From: a virus
Taxonomy: Duplodnaviria > Caudoviricetes
IMG/VR virus record: IMGVR_UViG_3300010163_003556
Location: 3,687 to 67,686 of that record
Length of the DNA stretch: 64,000 nt
Reading direction: 5' to 3' (one strand)
A program made the position numbers and the translations under genes. Below the pieces are notes generated by a model. It was not told the origin of the DNA, did no database searches, and saw only the letters and a program-made list of their open reading frames with translations. Positions within the stretch are counted from its first letter, which is position 1. Every line of letters starts with the position of its first letter. Below are positions 55,609-62,971 of this stretch, one piece after another.

Positions 55609-56184
55609 ATGGCGGAGAAACACATCAATTCCAAAGTTCAGCAAAGGAATGATACCGCCGCAAATTGGCTCCTCGCTAATCCGATACTGCTCCGTGGAGA
55701 GCTTGGAATAGAGTACGATACGGGCAAAATGAAAATAGGTGATGGCAGCTCCTCGTGGGCTGCCTTACCTTATATCGGGGTTGGCATTACCCAAGCGGAT
55801 GTGCTGAACTTTACATACCCGATAGGTTCAATCAAGATAACCGTAACAGAGGAAAACCCCGGCGAGAAAATCGGCGGAGTTTGGGAGCGTTGGGGTAATG
55901 GACGAGTACCTATTGCGGTGGACGAAACCGACACGGATTTGGCATCGGCAGAGAAGACAGGCGGCGAGAAAGAACACACGCTGACCGAAGAGGAAATTCC
56001 GAGCCACACCCATAGCACGGAATTGCCAATATCGGGTGAAACTGCACTCGGCGGAAAGAATGGCACAAACGAAATGGCAATCGGTGGAACGGTAACGGTA
56101 AGCACCGATGCGGTCGGTGGTGGGAAGGCACACAATAACTTGCCGCCGTTCATCACCTGCTATTTTTGGAAGAGAACAGCATAG
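55609..56184 (+). CDS. Mtd_N-like domain plus baseplate/collar (gp53-like) C-terminal domain
   Basis: Same N-terminal motif as 54539; YPIGSI...NPG...GGVWER...TGGEKEHTLT..EIPSHTH...AHNNLPPFITCYFWKRTA. Confidence 0.75.
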   Translation: MAEKHINSKVQQRNDTAANWLLANPILLRGELGIEYDTGKMKIGDGSSSWAALPYIGVGITQADVLNFTYPIGSIKITVTEENPGEKIGGVWERWGNGRVPIAVDETDTDLASAEKTGGEKEHTLTEEEIPSHTHSTELPISGETALGGKNGTNEMAIGGTVTVSTDAVGGGKAHNNLPPFITCYFWKRTA

Positions 56185-56193
56185 GAGGACAAA

Positions 56194-56490
56194 ATGGTAG
56201 CAATCATAATAAGCATTGTTTCAAGCATCATCAGCGGAATGGTGCTTTTCTTTTTACAAAGGTTTTTCAAAAAGAAAGCCAAAAGGGACGAGGAAAGGGA
56301 CGAGGCAAAGAGAAAGGAAAATCTGCTGATACTTCGTTCCATCGATGCGGTTGGCAAACTGACCTATGCGGACGCAATAGCAATACGCGATGGAAAGACC
56401 AATGGTGAAATGAAAGCGGCAATCGAAGCCTATAAAAAGGCGGACGAAGAGATGTACGAGTTTTTACTCGAACAAACGACATTGAACTAG
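56194..56490 (+). CDS. Membrane-anchored lysis-module protein (holin-associated)
   Basis: N-terminal TM helix followed by a charged coiled segment; precedes the holin. Confidence 0.55.
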   Translation: MVAIIISIVSSIISGMVLFFLQRFFKKKAKRDEERDEAKRKENLLILRSIDAVGKLTYADAIAIRDGKTNGEMKAAIEAYKKADEEMYEFLLEQTTLN

Positions 56491-56502
56491 GAGGGATAAT
56501 CA

Positions 56503-56814
56503 ATGGAATATTTGGAGCTGATAAGCGTACCCGCTATCGCAACAATCGTTTATTGGGTGATTAACATCATCAAGTATGCGGTCAAAGAAAACGAAACATT
56601 CAAGCGGTTTATTCCGCTCATCTCGGCGGCTCTCGGAGCCGTGCTTGGGGTTGTGGCATTCTATGCCGTGCCGAGTATCATCCCGGCGGCAAATGTTTGT
56701 GTGGCAATCCTAATCGGCGGAGCAAGCGGTCTGACGGCGACAGGAACGAATCAAATTATAAAGCAGCTCGGCAAAAAGGGCGATGACGGAGAGAGCAAAG
56801 ATGGAAAAAACTAA
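56503..56814 (+). CDS. Phage holin
   Basis: Three hydrophobic segments, IPLISAALGAVLG, GGASGLTATG and charged C-terminus. Confidence 0.75.
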   Translation: MEYLELISVPAIATIVYWVINIIKYAVKENETFKRFIPLISAALGAVLGVVAFYAVPSIIPAANVCVAILIGGASGLTATGTNQIIKQLGKKGDDGESKDGKN

Positions 56815-56932
56815 CGAAACGGTTCAGTATCAACTGTCCAAGGCAATCTTGGATATGCTCCTCAAAAATCGCCTTATAACGGTCAAGGAATACGCTGAAA
56901 TCGACAAGAAGAATCGGGCAACTTTTGCCTGA
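56801..56932 (+). CDS. Small SHOCT-like protein preceding the recombinases (43 aa, not in ORF track)
   Basis: MEKTNETVQYQLSKAILDMLLKNRLITVKEYAEIDKKNRATFA; ML..LI...EY..ID pattern typical upstream of tandem serine recombinases. Confidence 0.55.
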   Translation: MEKTNETVQYQLSKAILDMLLKNRLITVKEYAEIDKKNRATFA

Positions 56933-56962
56933 TTTTTCTTGCCTTTTTTTAACCCTTTTCAG

Positions 56963-56991
56963 TAGACTTTCTGTCCTAAACACGCTATTGT
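56963..56991 (+). promoter_or_regulatory. Putative promoter of the recombinase pair
   Basis: TAGACT-17-TATTGT upstream of RBS AGGAGG. Confidence 0.45.
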
Positions 56992-57021
56992 TGTGGTACA
57001 AAATCAAAAGGAGGTAAACCG

Positions 57022-58581
57022 ATGGAAAGCAAGATGCGAGTATGTTCGTATTGCCGAGTAAGCACACGGCAAGAAAAACAGGAAATGAGCCTAACCTCAC
57101 AAATACAGCACTTCAACGAAATAATCGATGCGAATCCGAATTATATCAATATCGGCTCGTTTATTGACCAAGGCGTAAGTGCAAAGACACAAAGCAAGCG
57201 GTTAGAGTTTATGCGCATGATTACCGAGTGCCGAAACCGTAATATCGACATAATCTACACAAAGACGGTCAGTAGGTTTGGGCGTAACTCAAGGGAAATG
57301 CTACGCACGATTGAAGAGCTGACAAGAATCGGAGTTCGGGTCATTTTCGAGATTGAGCAAATCGATACCCTACGGGACAAATCGGTACTTGATCGAGTGC
57401 TTAAATCTTACATGGCAGAGGAAGAACTCACCAAGGACAGCGAGGCTACAAGGTTCGGTATCCTACGGCAAGTAGAGCAAGGCAACATCTGCATAGCAAA
57501 CAGAACCCCGTTGATAGGTTACAAGTACAACAAATCAATGGGGTTGGAAATCAATCCGCCGATGGCAAAAATCGTCAGAGAGATATTCGAGCGCTATACG
57601 AGCGGAGAGAGGTCTTGTGATATTATCCGTTGGCTAAACGGACTAGGGGTGAAAACCTCGGCGGGAAAGGAATGGAATTATTGCAGCCTTTCCTATGTGC
57701 TAAAACAAGAAAAGTACACAGGCGATGCCTATTTTCAAAAGAGTTTTTCGGAATACGGTAGGGTTTATCGAAACCGAGGCGAAAAAGCCATGTATGTCGT
57801 GGAAAGAGTATGTCCGCCGATAATCACGCATGAGATGTTCAACAAAGCGAGAGAACGAATGGCAGCTCACACACTCTACGAACGCGGACACGATTATGTT
57901 CCGCAATACGATTGCTTTCGTGGAAAAATGGTTTGCGGTCTGTGCGGTTCGAAATACAACAAACAAGGTCTTGGGCATAAGACACTCAAAAACGGTGGTA
58001 AGGAAAAGGAAACCTACCAATGTCAACTGAATAAAACGAAAGGCGTCCACGCGTGTAGGAATCGGATACAAGATAAACTTACACTTCAGGACGCCTTTAT
58101 TTATGCCTACAACAAAATGAAGACCGCACTAATGGGCAAAGAGAAAGCGGTATTCGAGGACACCGAAACGGCGGAAATCAACATGAGGTTGCAAACCTTG
58201 CTAGCCAAGGAAAAGATATACCTAGCGATGGAAGCCCAAGGAACGATGACCTCCGAACTCGCCCATCAGCACAACCTTATAATTAACGAAGTACTTGCCC
58301 TGGAAAAGCGCAAACGGACAATCGCTAAACACAATATCGAAATGGTAACCCGAAACAGTCAAATCAACATCTGCGATGAGTTGCTCCGAAAGTACGATAG
58401 AATGGAAACCTTCGATGAAGAGGTCTTCAATCAAATGGTAGAGCAAATAATCGTGATGGGCAAAAACCGACTGCTCTATAAGTTCAAAAACGGCTACACA
58501 GCCGATATCGAGGTAATCGATTATTATTTAGAAAGAGATGAAATAGGAGAGGTACAAATCTATGCTAGCACCAAATGTTAG
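57022..58581 (+). CDS. Large serine recombinase (integrase) A
   Basis: RVCSYCRVST, SRFGRN, recombinase domain and zinc ribbon CGLCG...CQ...C. Confidence 0.92.
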   Translation: MESKMRVCSYCRVSTRQEKQEMSLTSQIQHFNEIIDANPNYINIGSFIDQGVSAKTQSKRLEFMRMITECRNRNIDIIYTKTVSRFGRNSREMLRTIEELTRIGVRVIFEIEQIDTLRDKSVLDRVLKSYMAEEELTKDSEATRFGILRQVEQGNICIANRTPLIGYKYNKSMGLEINPPMAKIVREIFERYTSGERSCDIIRWLNGLGVKTSAGKEWNYCSLSYVLKQEKYTGDAYFQKSFSEYGRVYRNRGEKAMYVVERVCPPIITHEMFNKARERMAAHTLYERGHDYVPQYDCFRGKMVCGLCGSKYNKQGLGHKTLKNGGKEKETYQCQLNKTKGVHACRNRIQDKLTLQDAFIYAYNKMKTALMGKEKAVFEDTETAEINMRLQTLLAKEKIYLAMEAQGTMTSELAHQHNLIINEVLALEKRKRTIAKHNIEMVTRNSQINICDELLRKYDRMETFDEEVFNQMVEQIIVMGKNRLLYKFKNGYTADIEVIDYYLERDEIGEVQIYASTKC

Positions 58582-60169
58582 GGTTATAGAACCCACCAAG
58601 AAGCTCGTCAACGGAATCGACATTCTCAAGCAGAATATGCCTAAAAGGGTATGCGCATACTGCCGAGTATCGACCGACAGCGAGGAACAGCAATCGAGTT
58701 TTAAGTCACAGCAAATCTTCTACAAAGACTACATCCAAAAGCACGAAGGGTGGATTTTTGCAGGGATTTATGCGGACGAGGGACTGTCAGGAACAAGCAT
58801 GCGAAAGCGAAAGGAATTCAACCGAATGATAGCTGACGCAATGGACGGAAAGATTGAAATTATTATCGTGAAGTCGGTATCAAGATTCGCACGAAACGTG
58901 GTGGACATCTTAAACATAGTCGAAAAGCTCACATTAAAAGGAATTCCGATTATATTTGAAAACGACCATCTAAACAGTATGGATGACCAAGCAGGGACAA
59001 GGATGCGGCTCCTTATGAGTGCTGCCGTAGCCGAGGACTTCTCGCAGAACTTGAGCGAATCGGTAAAGTGGGGCAAAATAAGGCGTATAGAGCAAGAAAA
59101 ATATCCTTGCGTAAAAACCTACGGCTACCGAATAAAAGACCATAACTACGAAATATACGAGCCAGAGGCGCAAATCGTAAGGCTTATTTATAAGACCTAC
59201 TTGGCGGGGCAAAGTTACGGACAAATCTGCAAGATGCTGATGGACAGAGGGGTGATAAGCCCTGGCGGTGTTACCTTATGGAAGACAAGCACGGTGTCCT
59301 ACATACTTGAAAACGAAAAGTACAAAGGCGACCTGCACTTGCAAAAGCAGACTTACAGCGACCTAAAATATAGGAAGAGAATCAAGAATACCACAGGCAA
59401 GCAATACTATATCGAAGACCATCACATGCCGATAGTCAGCAAAAGCGATTGGAATAGAGTCCAAAAGGAAAGGGAAATTCGAACGAACCAACGCGGATAC
59501 AGTCCAACGGGTAAAGCAGGGTATTCGTCCAAGTACGCCTTTTCAAACAAACTCTACTGTGTAGCCTGCGGTAGTAAATTCCGCCGACACAAATACGAAA
59601 CGGTTCACAAAACGGTCTATACTTGGGTGTGCATCAATCACAAACGATATAAAAACTGCAAGCAAGACGCGATAAAAGAAGAAGACCTCGAAAGAACTTT
59701 CCTTGGCATCATAAAGGACATCGTAGCGGATAAGGACGGCTTTATAAACAAGGTCATAGCGAACATCGAAGAGGTGGTAAAGAACCGCCAGAGCGAAACC
59801 TCGACCGAAGACATCGATGCTAAAATCCTATCAATCCAAAACGAAATGATAGGGTTGGTAAGGAACATGACGACATCGAACACGGCAGAGATTTCCGAAA
59901 GGACGCAGGAAATGCTAGCCGAAATCGAAAGGCTTAAACAAATCAAAGATACGACCATAGCCGAGGGATTATCGCTCGAAAGGGACTTGTGCCGAATGGA
60001 CAACTTGCGAGAGTTACTCAATACCACGGAGTTGTTCGAGAAGTTCAATGCAGACATATTCCGCCGAGTAGTGGACAAGGTTCTCATAGACGGGAAGACG
60101 GCAACCTTCGTATTATGCGATGCGGTAAGGATTACCAGACCGATACTGCAAGGGACGGACAGCGAATGA
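58562..60169 (+). CDS. Large serine recombinase (integrase) B
   Basis: RVCAYCRVST, YADEGLSGT, SRFARN, CVACG...WVC zinc ribbon and coiled coil; adjacent to attR. Confidence 0.92.
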   Translation: MLAPNVRVIEPTKKLVNGIDILKQNMPKRVCAYCRVSTDSEEQQSSFKSQQIFYKDYIQKHEGWIFAGIYADEGLSGTSMRKRKEFNRMIADAMDGKIEIIIVKSVSRFARNVVDILNIVEKLTLKGIPIIFENDHLNSMDDQAGTRMRLLMSAAVAEDFSQNLSESVKWGKIRRIEQEKYPCVKTYGYRIKDHNYEIYEPEAQIVRLIYKTYLAGQSYGQICKMLMDRGVISPGGVTLWKTSTVSYILENEKYKGDLHLQKQTYSDLKYRKRIKNTTGKQYYIEDHHMPIVSKSDWNRVQKEREIRTNQRGYSPTGKAGYSSKYAFSNKLYCVACGSKFRRHKYETVHKTVYTWVCINHKRYKNCKQDAIKEEDLERTFLGIIKDIVADKDGFINKVIANIEEVVKNRQSETSTEDIDAKILSIQNEMIGLVRNMTTSNTAEISERTQEMLAEIERLKQIKDTTIAEGLSLERDLCRMDNLRELLNTTELFEKFNADIFRRVVDKVLIDGKTATFVLCDAVRITRPILQGTDSE

Positions 60170-60192
60170 ATAATATAATTAATAAGGAAAAA

Positions 60193-60224
60193 GGACGGTT
60201 CGAGCAACATCGAACCGCCTATTT
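60193..60224 (+). terminator. Intrinsic terminator after the recombinases
   Basis: GGTTCGA-GCAACA-TCGAACC stem followed by TATTTT. Confidence 0.55.
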
Positions 60225-60289
60225 TATTCCCACAATATTAGACAAACACCAGGGCGGAATTGGGAGAATATCGAATAGACAAACCGCCT

Positions 60290-60315
60290 CGGCAATGCCA
60301 TGGGGCAGGCGAAGC
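60290..60315. other. Putative attR junction (core GG at 60303-60304)
   Basis: Switch to flank-type coding sequence in frame GQAKLT; shares ATGG with attL. Confidence 0.65.
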
Positions 60316-60545
60316 TCACGTTCTCGCGCGAAAGAGCGAGAAGCTTCTTTGCGGTCGGCTTCGACTCCGCAGGCGGAAGCGCGGTCGAGCCTCAGATAGT
60401 CGTTCCCGGCGGACACGTCGTTCAGCCCGCGAATCCGACTAAGGCTTCGTTTACGTTCGACGGCTGGTACCTCGACGGCAAGAAATTCGATTTCGCAGCC
60501 GATACCGTCGACCGCGACGTTACGCTGACTGCTTCCTGGCTCTGA
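60303..60545 (+). pseudogene. C-terminal remainder of the interrupted MCP, including an InlB B-repeat (Flg_new/PF09479-like) domain
   Basis: GQAKLT continues ...CERPY; then VGFDSAGGSAVEPQIV.PGG.V.QP.NPTKASFTFDGWYLDGKKFDF...V..DVTLTASW, a textbook B-repeat. No good RBS before the ATG at 60300. Confidence 0.75.
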
Positions 60546-60547
60546 TT

Positions 60548-60859
60548 ATGAACGGGCTGGAACTCATTGAAAACGACCTTTTCGACATTGCTCTAAGACT
60601 GAAAGAAATAGATCCGGAATATAAGCTTTTCAGGAACAGAGCGGTCGGAAGGTTCGAAATTTACGCAAAAGGGGCGCTGCAAATTGCAGTGCCCTATAAG
60701 CGGCTCGACGCCCGAACGCTTAAACTCGCGCGGGAAACCCGGCTCGAATACGCCGAACGGCTCGTCGCCGAGATGGATAAGAAAAATGCCGAACTCGATA
60801 GGGCAAGGGCGGCGGAATCAAGAGACAAAATAATGGAGGAGGTCGAAAGGGTTTTATGA
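60548..60859 (+). CDS. Hypothetical protein of the flanking virion cluster
   Basis: 103 aa ORF 2 nt after the MCP stop; flank-type codon usage. Confidence 0.7.
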   Translation: MNGLELIENDLFDIALRLKEIDPEYKLFRNRAVGRFEIYAKGALQIAVPYKRLDARTLKLARETRLEYAERLVAEMDKKNAELDRARAAESRDKIMEEVERVL

Positions 60860-61404
60860 TTATAAAGGACGTACTCGGCGAATGTCTCGTCAAAATGGGA
60901 ATGGAAAATTTTATTTCCAAAACCGAATATTCCGAAAAGGAAAACGGAATTATTACCGACCTGATTGCTGCGCTCAATATCGTATACAGGGAAATAGTCT
61001 GCGAATATCTTCCGCTTGTTTTCTCGGAAGAGGTTGAGCTTAAAAACGGCGAGGTTTTCGCATCGGAGCTAGCGAAGCGGATTCTCTATCCCATAAGGCT
61101 TTACAGCGGCGACAACGTTTTGAATTTCAAGGTTTATCCAGACAAAATCGCTGCGGGAAAAAGCGGAGTTTTTACCCTCGAATACGCTTACGTTCCGGAC
61201 GGAGAACTCACGATAGACGACAGCATAGACGATATGCGGCTTACCTCTGCCGCGCTTTCCGACGGCACGCTTGCGGAGTACTATTTCAAAAACAAGGTGT
61301 TCGAACTTGCGCGCGATTTCGACGCTTCGTTCAGAAACCGAATGGGTATTCTGCGCTATAAGGGCAGAAGGATGAGAATGAAGCAAAGGGGGTGGCAGGA
61401 TTGA
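60856..61404 (+). CDS. Putative head-to-tail adaptor (podoviral gp4-like)
   Basis: Position after the MCP; LIAALNIVYREI, TLEYAYVP and LAEYYF patterns; ATGA coupling. Confidence 0.5.
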   Translation: MIIKDVLGECLVKMGMENFISKTEYSEKENGIITDLIAALNIVYREIVCEYLPLVFSEEVELKNGEVFASELAKRILYPIRLYSGDNVLNFKVYPDKIAAGKSGVFTLEYAYVPDGELTIDDSIDDMRLTSAALSDGTLAEYYFKNKVFELARDFDASFRNRMGILRYKGRRMRMKQRGWQD

Positions 61405-62840
61405 ACTACTCTGAAAGCAGGACAAGACGCGGCGCGGCGGTCAGGCGTTCGCAGATTAAGGTCGGCTTCAAGGGAATGGTGAGTAGCCTTGACGAAAACC
61501 TATGCGATATGGCATACGCAAAGGACGCCCGCGGTTTTGCATTCGAAAAGGGCGTTCTTACCGCAAATTTCGGGGTTGAAGACGCGTCGGGCTTTTATTT
61601 TTCGCCTATCTATCTCCGCCACGCATACCCCGCACTCCCCGAGGGAAAGAAACTTAAAGACGTTTTCCTTTACAGGCACACGAACAGCAAGGGCAGGTGT
61701 GACGACAGAATCGTCGCGCAGCTTACCAGCGGGGAGTTTATGTACACCGCCGTGTTTGACAACGATACCTGGCACGCGCTTACCGGAATCAGAACGACCG
61801 CCGAAGTCAGTGCGGTCAATTATAATTATCAGGGAAACGAGGTGCTTCTGCTCGCAACTCCTTTGAACAATCTGTGGCTTATCAACGACGCTACGATGTA
61901 CAATTGCTCGGCGTCCCCTCAGTTTTCTTCGATGACGGTCCACAACGAGCGAGTTTACGGGAGCATAAACGGCATAGAAAAACAGGTATGGTTTTCCGAT
62001 AACTTCAATCCCCTGAATTGGACGGTAAGTTCGACTGAAGCCGGCTTTATTAATTTTTCCGACGATTGCGGAGAGATTCTTAAAGTCGTGTCCTTTCTGA
62101 ACTATTTGTACGTGTTCAGAGAGTACGGGATATTCAGAATTACCGCCTTCGGAGATCAGAGCGAGTTTCTCGTCAAAAAGATTTTCACGGATACCGGGCG
62201 CATTATAAAAAAGACCATAGAGGTTTGCGGGGACAGGATTATTTTTTATGCGGAGAACGGTCTGTTCAGCTTTGACGGCTACGATGTAACCCCCATATTC
62301 AAGGAACTGGGCGACGTATATAATAACGGCATTATGTGCGGAGCGTATCTGAACGGATGTTACTACCTTGCTTGCTGCGAGTCGGATACAACTACCAAAA
62401 CCGACACGCTCTATAAGTGCGATTTTCTCGACAAAACGCTGTCGAAGATAAGCGGACTGAACGTTATATCGCTTAGAGCAATAAACGTAAGCAACGGATC
62501 GCAGATGCTGTGCGTGTTAAAGAACGCGACCAAGATAGGGGAAATCGGCGGCAGCGGGGCGGTGTTCGATAAATGTACGGAAAAGAAGTATGTCAGCCCG
62601 TCGTCGGATCTTTCTATCCCGTCCCTGAAAATAATTAGGGATTTCTCGCTGATTACGCACTATCCGCTTACCGTCAGGGTTATACTTGACGGAACCGCAT
62701 ATGAATATTCCCTTAAAGGCAGCACGGAACTTCAAAAGATTCCCGTAGAAAAAAGCGGATATATCGTCGGGTTCGAACTTGAAACAACGGAGCCGAAGGC
62801 ATATGTAACGCCGCTTAAAGTGAGCGTCGAAAGAATGTAA
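61392..62840 (+). CDS. Putative tail nozzle / stabilisation protein (P22 gp10 / T7 gp12-like beta-propeller)
   Basis: Beta-rich 482 aa with VHNERVYG, VWFSDNFNPLNW, LYVFREYGIFRI and IFYAENGLFSFDG blade-like repeats. Confidence 0.55.
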   Translation: MAGLNYSESRTRRGAAVRRSQIKVGFKGMVSSLDENLCDMAYAKDARGFAFEKGVLTANFGVEDASGFYFSPIYLRHAYPALPEGKKLKDVFLYRHTNSKGRCDDRIVAQLTSGEFMYTAVFDNDTWHALTGIRTTAEVSAVNYNYQGNEVLLLATPLNNLWLINDATMYNCSASPQFSSMTVHNERVYGSINGIEKQVWFSDNFNPLNWTVSSTEAGFINFSDDCGEILKVVSFLNYLYVFREYGIFRITAFGDQSEFLVKKIFTDTGRIIKKTIEVCGDRIIFYAENGLFSFDGYDVTPIFKELGDVYNNGIMCGAYLNGCYYLACCESDTTTKTDTLYKCDFLDKTLSKISGLNVISLRAINVSNGSQMLCVLKNATKIGEIGGSGAVFDKCTEKKYVSPSSDLSIPSLKIIRDFSLITHYPLTVRVILDGTAYEYSLKGSTELQKIPVEKSGYIVGFELETTEPKAYVTPLKVSVERM

Positions 62841-62854
62841 AAATCGGAGGAATT

Positions 62855-62962
62855 ATGAAATTAAACGAAATAGCAGCAATAGTCGAGGAGCTTGTCGTCA
62901 AGGTAAAGACCTTGGAGATCAAGCTCGCCGCATTGACGGCGAACGCCGCGCCGCAGAATTAA
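62855..62962 (+). CDS. 35 aa coiled-coil microprotein (not in ORF track)
   Basis: RBS GGAGG; MKLNEIAAIVEELVVKVKTLEIKLAALTANAAPQN; stop overlaps the next RBS. Confidence 0.55.
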   Translation: MKLNEIAAIVEELVVKVKTLEIKLAALTANAAPQN

Positions 62963-62971
62963 GGAGAGAAT

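Larger units (their letters stand above)
1830..60304 (+). mobile_element. Integrated siphovirus-like prophage (~58.5 kb) with tandem large serine recombinases, HK97-type head, long tail and cargo island
   Basis: Ordered replication, packaging, head, tail, holin and recombinase modules, almost all on the + strand from 18750 to 60169. Bounded by the two halves of a split capsid gene. Confidence 0.88.

Noticed and set aside
52584-56184. Diversity-generating retroelement or shufflon acting on tail fibres (Mtd_N-like domains present)
   Set aside because: No reverse transcriptase, no TR/VR pair differing at adenines, and no inverted crossover repeats were seen.
60260-60442. Alternative MCP continuation (GAGEAHVLARK...) obtained by joining at the 4 bp ATGG overlap
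   Set aside because: It gives an Arg-rich, non-protein-like tail. The GQAKLT/B-repeat frame is far more plausible, although the true core needs empty-site data.
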